64,000 nucleotides of DNA, taken from NCBI RefSeq assembly GCF_009914755.1, contig NC_060934.1; one strand, written 5' to 3'. Shown here in pieces: positions 26,958 through 42,803 of the stretch (the first letter of the stretch is position 1; each line of letters begins with the position of its first letter). The notes beneath the pieces are model-generated. The model saw nothing but the letters and a program-made list of their open reading frames with translations. It was not told where the DNA came from and did no database searches. The stretch comes from the human T2T-CHM13v2.0 reference genome, Homo sapiens. A program made the translations under genes and the position numbers.

Positions 26958-28019
26958 AGGGTCCCTTCTATAAGGGCATTAATCCCATTCATGAGGGCTC
27001 TACTCCCAGGACCTAATCACCACCCAAAGGTCCCACCTACTAACATCGTCATGACCTTGGGGGTTAGGATTTCAGCAGGTGGCTTTGCAGGTGCACCCAC
27101 ATTCCTTCCACACAGATGGGGCACGTCTCTGGCAGCCCACAGAACTCTTCCCCGCAGTGTCCAGCCAAAAAGAGCCTCTTCCCTCCTGAAGCCTGAAAGG
27201 GCTGAGAACCCCCTCTGTGGCCCTAGGGGCATGGTGTTTTCAGAGCACTCTCCAAGGAGCTGCACCAGCTGCAGAGCCAGCCTCAGGTGCATCTGTGCAC
27301 TGGCACAGCAGAAGTACCACCTCCACGCTCATCAGCCAAGGTGGGGGTCAGATTCTGAGCACCGCAAACAGCAGGAGGAGGAGGTCTCTGTCCCTGAAGA
27401 TACCACTCTGAATCCTGGAGGAGACCAGGCCAGCCTGTCCCACACTGAACAGCCCTGTGAGCAGCCAGGAAAGAGTTCCTGGCCTCTGCCCTCATTGATC
27501 TGCATTTTACACTAATCCCAGTGCGATTCCAGGTGTAGCTGACCTCATTCTCCACCCTCTCCAGCCAGAAGCACTTTATGCGATTGCTCAAAAAAGATCC
27601 GCTTATACAATGCTTCATGAGATAAAGATTTTACTAACACCTTGGTGGGAAGATCGGAAAGACATTTTCTATCACACACCATAAGGGGAAGCTTCATAAA
27701 AATCACCTTTAAAAATTCCCTGTTCTCTGAAAATATCCTCCCTGGGCACTAGCCAGCTTGTTTCCTTTTGTCCCTTCCGAAATTCTATTGTCCTCAGCTC
27801 TGGCCTTTACCTGAAACACTACTGAGCTAAAAGGGCATCAACCATCACCATCTATTGCAAATGAAGCTTGTTCCTTTGTGGGTGGGGTTGGGGTCCTTAC
27901 CTTCCATCCATACCCCAGGCTGCTTCTCAAAATACTCTTAAGTCCCTTGAAAAAAATGTTTATTGGCAGAGGACAGATTACGCTCTCAAGAAAATCAGCT
28001 GGTCTTCACAGTGGTACAA

Positions 28020-28195
28020 TAATAACAAATGTTTTAGGTTTCTTCCGTGAATCAGGCACTGGGTTGAGCATCAATGCATACCACCTCATCTTATGCACCC
28101 CAGCAACCTCGTGAGGTGAGTGTCCCTGCTGTTAAGATGAGAAGATTCAGTCCCAGAGAGACTGAGCACCTAGTACGAGGTTAAACCGCTAGTAA
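28020..28195 (-). mobile_element. MIR
   Basis: gcaacctcgtgaggtgag...agatgagaagattcagtcccagagagactgagcacc. Confidence 0.55.
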
Positions 28196-28224
28196 GCAAT
28201 AACAATCAAATTTTTTTTAACAAG

Positions 28225-29420
28225 AAAAGAGTTAAGTAGAAATTTCTCTAAAAATGATCCCAAATGGCCAATAAGCACATGAAAAGCTCCTCAAATCATT
28301 CATAATTAGGGAAATCTAAACCACAATGAGACACCACTTCACACCCTCTAGGAAGGCTATAATCAGAAAGATAATGTTTTGGCAAGGATGTGGAAAAATG
28401 GAAACCCTTGTACATTGCTGGTGGGACTATAAAATGACACGGCCACTTTAGAAAACAGTCTGGAAGCTCCTCAAAAAGTTTAACATAAAACTGCCATGGC
28501 ACAGCAATTCCATGCCTAGGTATATATATAAGAAAATTGAAAACATATGTTCACACAAAAACTTACACACAAATGTTCATACAGCATTATTCATGGTAGC
28601 CAAAAAGTGGAAGCAGCACAAATGTCTATCAGCTGATGAAACGATGAATAAAATATGTTATATCCATAAAATGGATTATTATGCAATTGAATGATGTATT
28701 GATTCATGCCACAATATGGATGAACCTTGAAAACATGATGCTAAATGAAAGAGGATAAACATAAAAGGCCACACATTGTGTGATTCCATTGATATTAAAT
28801 GTCCAGAATTTTCTAATCCACAGAGACAGAAAATAGGCCAAAGTTGCCAGGAGACTGTGGGAAGAGGGAATGGGAGGTGACTGTTAATGAATGTGAAGGT
28901 TTTTTTTTAGCGGTGATGAAAATATCCTGGAATTAGAAAGAGATAGTGGGTACTGAACCTTGTGAGTATACTAAAAACTACTGAACTATGCACTGTAAAA
29001 GGGTGAAAGCTATGGTATGTGTATTAGTCCATTCTCACGTTGCTAATAAAGATATACCCGAGACTGGGTAATTTATAAAGGAAAGGTTTCATTGACTCAC
29101 AGTTTTGCAAGGCTGGGGAGGCCTCAGGAAACTTACAATCAAGGTGGAAGGGGAAGCAAACACACCTTCTTCACATGGTGGCAGGAGAGAGAAGTGCAGA
29201 GCAAAGTGGGGAAAAGCCCCTTATAAACCATCAGATCTCATGAGAACTCACTCACTATCACGAGAATAGCATGGGGGAACTGCCCCCATGATCTAATCAC
29301 CTCCCATGATTTCCCTCCCCCAACACATACATGGGGATTACAATTTGGATTACAATTCAAGATCAGATTTGGGTGGGGACACAGAGCCAGACCATATCAG
29401 TATGTGAATTACATCTCAAG
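28225..29420 (+). mobile_element. L1MB-type 3' end, split by a THE1 LTR
   Basis: caaatggccaataagcacatgaaaag...ggatgaaccttgaaaacatgatgctaaatgaaag...tatggtatg, resuming tgaattacatctcaa. Confidence 0.85.
29020..29399 (-). mobile_element. THE1D-like MaLR solo LTR
   Basis: tgtattagtccattctcacgttgctaataaagatatacccgagactggg...cagaccatatca; perfect TSD gtatg. Confidence 0.9.
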
Positions 29421-31253
29421 AAACAAAATCCAACCAATAAAAAGCCAGCCGAGAGTCTAACCCAAGCAACCCTCCAGCACTCTGCACCATTCATGAGGGT
29501 AATCCCAACCTAACACAACTGAGTCCCTCCTGAGAGGAATCTTGCTACCCACATCAGCTGCTGAGGGAGGAGGCCCCACCATTACAGCTAACCGGATCAA
29601 AGGTGGAGGAACCCCCACAGACCAGCCAGAAACCTAGGACTTCAGTAGCTTGGCTCAAGATGGCAGACCAGGTTGGTCAGACCTTTCTCTCCCTCTGCCT
29701 CTGGAATTTGGAACTGGGGGACAAGGACGAAAAAGTTCAGCCGTGGGAGCTAGGCAGAAAGGCATGAGGTAGACCTGGATTCAGAGCAGTCACTGGAGAT
29801 GGTGAGCAGGCAGAGGTCGGGAGGGAGACAGCAGCAATGACCTGAAAGCCAAGGAAGGTGTCCAAGGAGAGGACAGAGTGGGCAGCAAGGGAAAGAGAGA
29901 CATTGTGGAGAACTGCTGTCTTTCTTTCTATCCCGTGGCTCTGCAGGCACCATGAGAACAGCAGTGCCAGAATTCTGGTTGTGGAATTCCCACATGTCCC
30001 AGTGGTGTCTTTGCAGTGACCGCCTGCTCCTCACTGGGCCAGCTTGAGTAGGGTCTGCCTGCGACACACGGCAGGCATTTGAAGCCTCTGACTGTGTGCC
30101 CAGCTTGGAGAGGCTGCTCCCTGGGTTCAAAGCCTTAGGGATGAGTTATTTCCCTTGCAAAGAAAACAGCAGATCTCAAAAGGCATTATCAGGAGCACGG
30201 CCAAGAGAGCATGAGGCCATCCGCCTGAGATCCTGTTTGTAGAACCCCAGGAGCCATTTAGATACTGGCCTCAGGAGCCCTTAGGCCTGCCCAGCAAACA
30301 GAATGTGATCAATGTGACAGTGAGTGAGGTGTGTGTTTCCACAACACTGACCAGTTACCACTGTGGTGTCTTTCTTTGCTTTTTTTGTCTTCTGATTTAT
30401 TTGATATGATTTAGCCTCTTCAATCACCTCAACTTAGCCCAATATAAATAGGATAAAAATTGGTGTAAAATAATCAAGGTAGTCAGACTAGATATCTTAT
30501 CTAGAGTGACCTAGAACTCTTCTAAGTAAGGAGAAGACATTTCACATGTCACTTTTAATGAGAAAAAAACAAAAACAAAAAACAAAAAAACCTGTTCCTG
30601 GAAATATTTACCTTCATCTCCTGTGCTGAGAGATGGGGGCAATTTGTCAGCTTTGATCTCCACTTGTTAGTTACCAGGAAATGAAGTGCACTTGAGCCAG
30701 TGGGATCATGAAGTCTCACTCTTGCTGCAAAAGTTGGCAGCAGGGGACAGAGCAGCCTTGTCTTTCATTTTCTGAGATCAAAGCTGAGCCAGCACAAAGA
30801 CAGAAGGGGTATTCAGATGAGATGCACCTGCAGAAGAACCGATGGTGGGATACTGACCCAAGAGGTCACTGGACCAGCATCTCCCAGGAGGTCTCCTCTG
30901 TTTCTCCTCCCTCCCCAGGGAAGGGCAGGGTGTAATCCAGGGCCCTGTATGGCCTGTTGAGCCAAGCACCTGCTCATGCACCACATATCAGACTCCAACT
31001 CCAGGCAAACCCAGCACACCTGTGCACTGGTGCATTTGTTCTGATGCTGTCCTTCATACCTGTCTTAGACTTTCTACCTACAACCTCAAGCTGGTCCCTT
31101 CCTGAGTCTCACCTGTGCAGCCCAGGCAGGTGGACAGGTGAGACTAGGGGGTGGAAGACGAGGCAGAAGCTGCCTTCTTTGAGGACAGACTGTCTGTTAT
31201 GAGGAGGCTGGGGTTTGACCTCTCGGGTACCCAGAGGCTAACTGGTAACCACG

Positions 31254-31676
31254 TGCTATAGTTTGAATGTTTGTCCTCTCCAATGCGCTTGTTGAAATTT
31301 AATTCCCAATGTTGGAGGTGGGACCTAATGGGAGGTGTTTGTGTCACAGGGTGGATCCTTTCTGAATAGATTCAGGCCATCCCTGAGATAAGGGCAAATG
31401 AGTTCTTGTTCTATTAGTTCTGACCAGGGCTGGTTGTTAAACAGAACCTGGCACTCGCTCTCTAGCTTCCTCTCTCACCATGTGGTCTCTGCACACGCAG
31501 CTGCCCCTCACCTTCCACCATGAGTGGAAGCAGCCTGAGGCCTCACCAGAAACCAAGCAGATGGTGGTGCTATGCTTCTTGTACGGCCTACAGAACTGTG
31601 AGCCAAATAAACCTCTTTTCTTATAAATTGCTCAGCCTCAGGTATTCCTTTATAGCAACACAAACAGACTAAGGCA
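31254..31676 (+). mobile_element. MSTB1/MSTB2-type MaLR solo LTR
   Basis: tgctatagtttgaatgtttgtcc...agaactgtgagccaaataaacc...cagactaaggca; TSD ccacg/ctatg. Confidence 0.85.
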
Positions 31677-31929
31677 CTATGGAAACACAAGGGTGGGCAA
31701 CATCTGAGAAAGGGCACTGCCAGTTGAGATCTATAGCACCCAACCCTCCTGAATATATGAGTGACTCCCTTATGCTCATCTCTAAAATTAGGATGTTGGA
31801 TTAAACATTCTTTAAGCTCCCTGGCCACTTTAACATCATCTGTCCTTATGATTCCATTTACTGAGCCTCTTCTGTAGCCAGAAGTGAGCTACCTGCTGAA
31901 GAAGACACATGGGATGACAACAATGATGA

Positions 31930-32110
31930 TGATAGCAGCTAACATAGATTCAGCACTCACTCTGTGCCATCTGCTGTGCAAAGAGGACTCATTTAATCTT
32001 CACAAATACTTGTGGAGTCAGTAAATTATCCCCTTTTAACAGATAAAGAAACTGAAGCCAGAGAGGTTGAGTAACTTACCCAAGTTCACACAGCTGTGAA
32101 GTGACATAGC
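31930..32110 (-). mobile_element. MIR
   Basis: ctcatttaatcttcac...acagataaagaaactgaagccagagaggttgagtaacttacccaagttcacacagct. Confidence 0.8.
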
Positions 32111-32242
32111 ATAATGTCAAGATATTAAGCTTCCTTTATATTCCAACCACGGAGACAAAACTCATCCATATGAAACAACATAAAAAAAGTATGGCATAGG
32201 GTTAAATTAGGAAGTACAAATCTTAAAGTCTTGAGAATGAGT

Positions 32243-32442
32243 CAGAAAACTATAGGATGTGGACCAAAATTGGCCCATTGGCTGTTTTTGTAAATAAAGT
32301 TTTATTGGAGCACAGCCACACCCATTTGTATTCTCTGTGGCTACTTTCACACTGTATTGGCAGGATTCAGTAGTTGGAACAGAGACCATATGGCCCATGA
32401 AGGCTAAAATACTTACTACCTGACCCTTTAAAGTTTGCCAAT
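32243..32442. mobile_element. MER58A
   Basis: tgtttttgtaaataaagttttattggagcacagccac...aaaatacttactacctgaccctttaaagtttgcc. Confidence 0.8.
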
Positions 32443-32452
32443 CCTTTCTCTT

Positions 32453-32564
32453 ATGGTGGCCAACTGGCTGGGTTTGCCTGGGACTGAAGGAGTACCCAAG
32501 ATCCAGGACCTTACATTTTAAAACCAGAAAGTTCTGGACAAACTGGGAGAAGTTGGTCACCCTA
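32453..32564. mobile_element. MER94-type MITE
   Basis: ggtggccaact...gtttgcctgggactga...ggacaaactgggagaagttggtcacccta. Confidence 0.7.
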
Positions 32565-33033
32565 CCTGCTTTAGAAAGTCCCAGAAGAAGGCAGGATTCA
32601 TGGGAGTGGTAGGGGTAACAGAGGTATGGCTTAGAGATGTGCAGGATTTGAATATATGGTGTGTAGGATCTTGGTAGACTAGAAGGAGGGAGAACATTCG
32701 AAACAGGAAGATCAGCAGGAGCCTAGAAGACCAGCATAATATGCTCATGGGAATGCAAGGAAAGACATGGGTGCGCCCTTGAGCAGAGAGTGTCAGTTGG
32801 GAAGCAGAAGTAGGATCCATTAACTGAAAATGCCACAAAAGATATGCTCATGCATTGCATCACTGGTGGCAGTGGAAACTGGTCCCATCTCCTGGACAGT
32901 TTGTAAATATATATCAAAATGTTAAATGTGCATGTGCGTTGACTGTCCATGGGAAGGTGATTGCATTAATGATCCCAAATCTACATCCAGAACTTTTGAA
33001 ATGTGACTTTCTACTCCCTCCTATCTTTTCCTC

Positions 33034-33340
33034 TTTTTTTTTTTTTTTTTTTTTTTGAGATGAAGTTTCGATCTTGTGGCCCAGGCTGGAGTGCAATGGC
33101 ACGATCTTGGCTCACTGCAACCTCTGCCTGCCTCCTGGGTTCGAGCAATTCTCCTGCCTCAGCCTCCCGAGTAGCTGGGATTACAGGCGCCCGCCACCAC
33201 GCCCAGCTAATTTTTATATTTTTCGTAGACACGGGGTTTCACCATGTTGAAGGCTGGTCTCAAACTCTTGACCTCAGGTGATCCGCCCATCTTGGCCTCC
33301 CAAAGTGCTGGCATTACAGGCATGAGCTACCGTGCCCAGC
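33034..33340 (-). mobile_element. AluS (Sq/Sp-like)
   Basis: Full dimer; TSD ctatcttttcctctt. Confidence 0.93.
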
Positions 33341-34169
33341 TCTATCTTTTCCTCTTAATTTTGAGTTCAATCACATGACTTGCTTTAGCCAATGGGATAT
33401 TAGTAGACTCTAAGCAGAGATTGGAAAAAGCCCTTGCATGTTTCTTCTTTCTCTACTGTTCTTCTGCTTTTGACCTGAGATCATGTCTGAGCCATGGAAC
33501 AAAGCCAAGCCACCCCAGTTGTCCCAGCCAAAGATATCTGAGATCACCCAACCTGTAGCTGACCAGACATGTACATGAGCCCAGCCAAGCCCAGAACAGC
33601 TCAGTTGAGCCAAGCCTAAATTGCCAACCAGCAGACTTATGAGCAAAAGGCTCCAGAGACAATAAATAGACATACCTTATTTTACTGCACTTGGCTCTAC
33701 TGTACTTCACAGATAATGCATTTTTTACAAATTGAAGATTTGTGGCAACCCTGCCTCAAGCAAGTCTATCGGTGCTATTTTTCCGACAGCATGTGCTCAC
33801 TTCATGTCTCTGTGTCACATTTTGGTAATTCTCACAATATTTCAAACTTTTTCCCTATGATTATATCTGTTATTTTACCTGTGATCAGTGATCTTTGATG
33901 TTACTATTGTAATTGTTTTGGGGCACCACAAATTGCACCCATATAAGACAGTGAACTTATTCAATAAGATGTGTGTGTTCTGACTGCTCTACCAATTGGC
34001 TGTTCCTCATCTCTCTTACTCTCCTCAGGCCTCCCTGTTCCCTAAACACAATATTGAGGTTAAGCCAGTTTATAACCCTACATAGCCCTTACGCATTCAA
34101 GTGAAAGGAAGAGTCACACATCTCTCACCTTAAATCGAAAGCTAAAATGATTAAGTTGAGTGAGGTAGG

Positions 34170-35711
34170 CATGTCAAATGCCAAGACAGGCCAAAAGCTA
34201 GACCTCTTGCTCCAGTTAGCCAAGTTGTGAATGCAAAGAAAAAGTTCTTGAAGGAAATTAAAAGTGCTCCCCCAGTAAATATGAATGATATCAAAGTGAA
34301 ACAGCCTTATTGCTGATATGAAAAAAGTTTTAGCAGTCTGGTTAGAAGATCAAACCAGCCACAACATTCCCTTAAGCCAAAGCCCAATCCAGAGTAAGGC
34401 CCTAACTCTCTTCAATTATGTGAAAACGGAGAGAAGTAAGGAAGCTATAGAGGAAAAGTTTGAAGCTAGCAGAGATTGGTTCACAAGGTGTAAGGAAAGA
34501 AGCCATCTCCGTAATATAAAAGTACAAGGCAAAGCAAAAGGTGCTGTTGAAGAAGCTACAGTAAGTTACCCAGAAGATCTGGCTGAGATCCCTGAGGAAG
34601 GTGGCTACACTCAACAACATATTTTCAATGTAGATGAAACAGCCTTCTTTTGGAAGAAGATGCCATCTAGGTTTTTCATAGCTAGAGAAGAGAAATCAAT
34701 GGTGGCTTCAAAGCTTCAAATGACAAGCTAACTGTCTTGTTAAGAGATAATGCAGCTGGTAACTTTAAGTTGAAACCAATGCTCATTTGCCATTCTGAAA
34801 ATCCTAGGGCCCTTAGAAATTATGTTAAATCTACTTTTCCTGTGTTCTATAAATAGAACAAGAAAACATGATGACAGCACATCTGTTTACAGCATGATTT
34901 ATTGGATATTTTAAGCTCTCTGTTGAGGCCTACTGCCCAGAAAAAAAGATTCCCTTCAAAATATGACTGCTCATGTACAACGTATCTGGTCACCCAAGCA
35001 CTCTGACAGAAATGTATAAAGAGATTAATGTTGTTTTCATGACTGTTAATACAACATCCATTCTGCAGCCCATGGATCGAGGAGTAATTTGAATATTTGA
35101 GTCTTATTATTCAATAATCCATTTCAAAATAACTACCATAGATAGTGATTCCTCTGATGGATCTGGGCAAAGTACATCGAAAACCTTCTGGAAAGGATTC
35201 ACCATTGTAGATGCCGTTAAGAATATTCATGATTCATGGGAGGAGGTCAAAATATCAACATTAACAGAAGTTTGGAAGATGTTGATTTCAACCCTCATAG
35301 ATGACTTTGAGGGGTTTGAGACATTAGTGGAGAAGTCACTGCAGATGTGGTAGAAAGAGCAAAAGAACTAGAATTAGAAGTGGAGCCTGAAGATGTGATT
35401 GAACTGCTGCAATCTCATGAGAAAACTTGAACCGATGAGAACTTGCATCTTATGGATGAGCAAATAAAGAGTTTCTTGAGACAAAATCTACTCCTGGTAA
35501 AGATGCTGGGAACATCACTGGAATGACAACAAAGGATTTAAAAGATTACATAAACTTAGTTGATAAACCAGCTACAGAGTTTGGGAGAATTGACTCCGAT
35601 TTTGAAAGAAGTTCTATTGTGAGTAAAATGCTGTCAAATAGCATCACATGCTACAGAAAAATCTTTTGTGAAAGGAAGGATCAATTGGCATGGACAAATT
35701 CATGGTTGTCT

Positions 35712-35732
<21 letters not shown>
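34170..35732 (+). pseudogene. Disrupted Tigger1 DDE transposase
   Basis: ORF fragments [22 protein letters not shown]...FEASRDWF...[17 protein letters not shown] and [15 protein letters not shown]...FERSS, separated by stops and frameshifts. Confidence 0.85.
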
Positions 35733-38461
<2,729 letters not shown>

Positions 38462-38979
38462 GGTTGTCTCATCTTAAGAAATTTCCACAGCCTCTCCAAC
38501 CTGCAGCAACCACCACCCTGACCATCAACACTGGTCATCAGCCAATGTTACCCACAGCAGCCATCAGCCATCAGTCATGCAGTCATCAACATTGAAGTAA
38601 GACCCTCCACCAGCGAAAAGATTACAATTCACTGAAGGTGATCATTAGCATGTTTTAGCAATAAAGTTACTATTTATTATATTAACACATTAAATTACAA
38701 CATTATAATAATAACACTACTTAAGATATGTGAATTTTTGTAGACATAATGCTATCGAACACTTAATAGACTACAGTATAATGTAAGCATAACTTTTATA
38801 TACACCAGGAAACAAAAAAGTGTGTGTGACTAGTTTTATTTCAATATTCATTTTATTATAGTGGTCTGGAACTGAACCTGCAATATCTCTGAAGTATGTC
38901 TATACTTACTGTTTTAAGCTACTGAGTTGAGGGTTGTTTGTTAACATTATTGTACAAATAGATAACTGACACTGCCTAA

Positions 38980-39390
38980 ACTCTTTCTAGGAACTTATCC
39001 CATGGAGCTCATTAGACAGACATGCAAACGTGTGAATAAAGATTTCTCTTACAGTGTTGTTTACGATCATTTTTTTAAAAACTTTTTTGGAACAATCTAG
39101 ATTCTCAATAATAGATTGGCTTTTTTAAAAAAATTAAGACTATACAATGGAATGTCAGCCATTAAAAAAGGTAATGCTTATCAATATTTATTGACATGAA
39201 AAGATACTTTATGTTAAATGGAAAATACAGACTGCAAAATAGCTTTTAAGGTTTGATCTATTTTTGTCAAATTTGAGAGAGAGAGAGACATGCACCAAAA
39301 TACTAACAGTAACTAGCTTGAAGAAGTTAGGTGTTTTTACTTCTTTATCCTATTCTGCATTGTGTGAATTTTTTAAATGACTATGTAATA
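38980..39390 (+). mobile_element. Old L1ME 3' fragment
   Basis: ctaggaacttatcc...tatacaatggaatgtcagccattaaaaa...ttgacatgaaaaga. Confidence 0.5.
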
Positions 39391-40129
39391 TATTTACAGA
39401 CAGGAAAAAAGTGGAAATGTCACCTAGGAAACTTATCTCTCTTTTATATAAAAACATGGACTTTGAGTCCTTAGAAACCCTGCCTCCTCCACCACCCCCT
39501 GCCGATTCCCCTGCTACCAACTCCTGTAATGGAATCTGACTGACCTTGGCGTTGCTCTTCTCACTGGCCCAGGAGAATCAAATCCATGCTGTATGTGTGT
39601 GGCGGGGATGGGGAGCACCAAGCCCCAGGGAGGCCTTTGTGCAGATGCCAAGGAATAAGTTTCCCTTCCCAGCTGTCTGCAAACAGAGCAAAGAAATTAC
39701 CCATGAAACCAACTCCAGCCATGTTAGAAAAAAATCCTTCCATCCAAGTCATAATATTTTTAGAGTGAGATTTACTTTACAATATTTTAATAACTGCAGC
39801 ATGGTGACTGGAAGTCCTTTGCAGCTGGTCTCCGGGGCCTTCCTGGGACGTTGCACTTAATGAGGTTTATAATTCAATATAACTACATCTGCATCTTTAA
39901 TTATGCCTAACATTTAATCTTCATTGCTGCACTTGAATTGGAAGAGCTAAAATTAGGCCTGCTTTAGTTTAATCTGATAATAAACATCCATGACATTTAG
40001 AGAAAAATGTACTCATTTCATTAGAGTGGCCGAAACATTTGCCATTTGCCTGAACTGAACAAATACTCTCAACAGCCCATCCAACTGTAACAAAGAACAT
40101 TGTTTTAAACAATTCCCTTGTAGACTCCT

Positions 40130-40400
40130 GGAACTCTAGAGCTGACAAGGACCTTGGAGGTTAAGTAGTCCAATATCACCACTTTGCCAGTGAGGGCACT
40201 AAGGCCCACAGAGGTTAAGTCATTTGTCCAAAGTCACACAGCAAATTAGCAGGTATTACAGGAAACAGAACCCAGGATTCTTTTTATTTTTTTAAGAGTA
40301 AAGTGATAGCAAGTTTATTAAGAAAGTATAGGAATAAAAGAATGGGAATAAAAGAATGGCTACTCCATCTGCAGAGCACCAGGATTCTTAAGTCTCTGGC
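40130..40400 (-). mobile_element. MIR interrupted by a short retrocopy
   Basis: actaaggcccacagaggttaagtcatttgtccaaagtcacacagc...agaacccaggattc. Confidence 0.75.
40283..40378 (-). mobile_element. Polyadenylated retrocopy of a MER41-like LTR transcript 3' end
   Basis: Reverse strand gctctgcagatggagtagccattcttttattcc...tttcttAATAAActtgctatcactttactctt plus A-tail; TSD ccaggattctt. Confidence 0.75.
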
Positions 40401-41158
40401 CAAAACAGTCTTTGTCATTCTTCTACTGCCAACCTGGGACATCATTTTTTGATGGCTAAGTCTCCCTCTGAGCAACCATCACCTCCCTTTTTTTTTATGG
40501 AATTCAGACAGGATGTCATTCAAGTACCTATATTGAGCCTCACAGCCTGACCCCAAACGCAAACTAATAAGAAAATATAAAAGGCAAGATGTTAAAAGAC
40601 ACACCGTCATTAAAACCAAGACAAACATCTCCGTGAACCAAAACCCAAGTAAATAAAGCATAAAATGGGCTGCTGAAGCTTGAGCCGATTTGGCTGCAGG
40701 TTCAAAAGGAGACAGAGAACCTGTTTGAGCTTTGATTTAACCTGGGCAGTGGCTGAAAAAAAAAACCTGCTACTGACCACTGCCACGGGGGACCATTTGT
40801 CTGAACCTGATTACATAGAAAGAATAGAGAGGTCAGAGGGAGCAGACAGATTCTCCAACAACATCTGGGCCAAGCTGCCCACTGAATTAGTGACAGGGAC
40901 TGCACATCCCTGGGAAGGCGAAGGGGAAGGGGGAAAGGAGAGAGAGGGAAGGAGAGAAGGAGGGAGAAAGGAAGGAGAGAAAAAGCAAGGAATTAAATAG
41001 ACACCACTGAAAATCAAATTGCTGGCATGTAAGAAAGCTTTGAGATAATCACACTACTGCAGAGGAAATATATGCAGAGATTAGAGCAATTAGAACATAA
41101 CAGCTATTTTTTTGAAATGATCTAACACAGAATAGCTGGTACCTTTGAAATAAAGAAC

Positions 41159-41598
41159 TGTCATGGTTAATGTTACGTGTCTACTTGTCTAGACTATGGT
41201 GGCTAAAAAGTTTGATTAACACCCATCTAGATGTTGCTATGAAGGTATTCTTTAGATGTGGTTAACTTTTAAATCAGTAGACTTTTAGTTAACAGAATAC
41301 TCTCATCTGTAATCCAATGTGGGTGGGCCTCAACCAATCAGTTGAAGACCTTAAAAGAAAAAGACTGATGTCCTTCAAGGAAGAAGGAATTCTGCCTTCC
41401 GACTGCCTTTAGATTTGAGGCTGCCACATTAGCTCTTCCTGGGTCTCCTGCCTGCCTAGATTTTGGACTTGCCAACTCCCACCATTGCATGAGCGAATTC
41501 CTTAAAATCTCTCTCTTTCTCCATATACTTATTTATATTTATTTTTGTATCTGTATTTATATTTAGTTTTGTTTCTCCAGAGGACCCTGACTAATACA
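41159..41598 (+). mobile_element. MLT2 (ERVL) solo LTR
   Basis: tgtcatggttaat...aatgtgggtgggcctcaaccaatcagttgaagacc...ccctgactaataca; TSD agaac/aaaac. Confidence 0.88.
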
Positions 41599-41904
41599 AA
41601 AACTCAAGAAAATTTTTAAACAGTGTGTTCACATTCACGTGGTTGAAAAATCACATATGTGATAAGACAAAAGGAAAAGGGAAATTTTTAAATTTTTTAA
41701 CAGAATATTACAAAATAAAATAAAAAGTATATTCAGAAGGATAATTCAGGGAGGATTCCCCCAAAATGAAGGAATCACTAAATCTGACCATTGAGAGGGC
41801 ATACCATGTAACAAATAAAAATGATATTGAATGCTCAATATTAAGGCATATCCTGCTGAAGCCATTGAACTTGAAAATAAAGTACTTTCTTCAGTACAAT
41901 GACA

Positions 41905-42165
41905 ATTAATACACGTTGAGGGAATGGCACAATTAGACAATGACAATTTGCAAACCATCATAACGATAATTGACTCAGGCAAGAATCATTAGCAGAGGCT
42001 AAAACTTGTGGGTGAAAATTTCAGGATGAACAAGATATTGTCATAGTCTCAAAATACCTCCCCACAAAATACCAATTTCCTACAAAGGTGAAAATAGCAA
42101 CCATGAAAGTGGAAAAGCCCAGCAGACACCACCGTAACCAAGTAACCAAAGTTACTGTCAGAAGC
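41905..42165 (+). mobile_element. Old L1M 3' fragment
   Basis: gcaaaccatcataacgataattgactcaggcaagaatc...gtggaaaagcccagcagacaccacc. Confidence 0.5.
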
Positions 42166-42394
42166 CATGGCGCAAGGAACACAGCACTGCTATGTGACTC
42201 ATTCCACTTCTCTAGGCTTGCTATTTTGTCGTTAACCCATTCTCACCTGTGAAGCCATCTACTCTCTGCTTCACACTATCTTGGACTGTCAGCTTTTAGG
42301 AGGCAGGGATTGGTCTGCTTAATTTATCCTGAAGGAGCTGGGCAAGAGGCAGATGTTTCCGACCTCATACAGGTGCACCTCAGAAGGGCCTTTA

Positions 42395-42555
42395 CACCCA
42401 ATCCTTTATTTGACCCTCACAACCTGAAAGCTAAGTCAAACAGGTTTTTCTCTCATTTCTACAAATGCAAAAACAAAGGCTCAGAGAGGTGAAGCCACCT
42501 GCCCAAAGTCACACAACTAGCAAGTGGTCAAGCCCAGATATCCTGGCTCCAACAA
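42395..42555 (-). mobile_element. MIR
   Basis: ggctcagagaggtgaagccacctgcccaaagtcacacaactagcaagtgg. Confidence 0.75.
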
Positions 42556-42803
42556 GATGCTGCAGTAGACACTGTGGTTGATGCCTCAACATCCATCCCA
42601 GCCCTGTCCCTCTGTGTGGCCACAGTTATTTCAGGGACTGGCCCTGCCTCCAGATGGGCCTCACTTAGTCAATATGAATTATGGAATCCCATCCCTCTTC
42701 ATCAGGGATTGGATCAAAAGCCCAGCCTGAGCTTGTCCCTACCTTGTGCCACCTACCTTGTCCCAGGAATTGGTTCTTGCCAATAAGACACAAAAAGTCT
42801 GCT

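Noticed and set aside
34318-34731. Domesticated TIGD-like gene
   Set aside because: The transposase frame is broken by several stops and frameshifts; it is an ordinary decayed Tigger1
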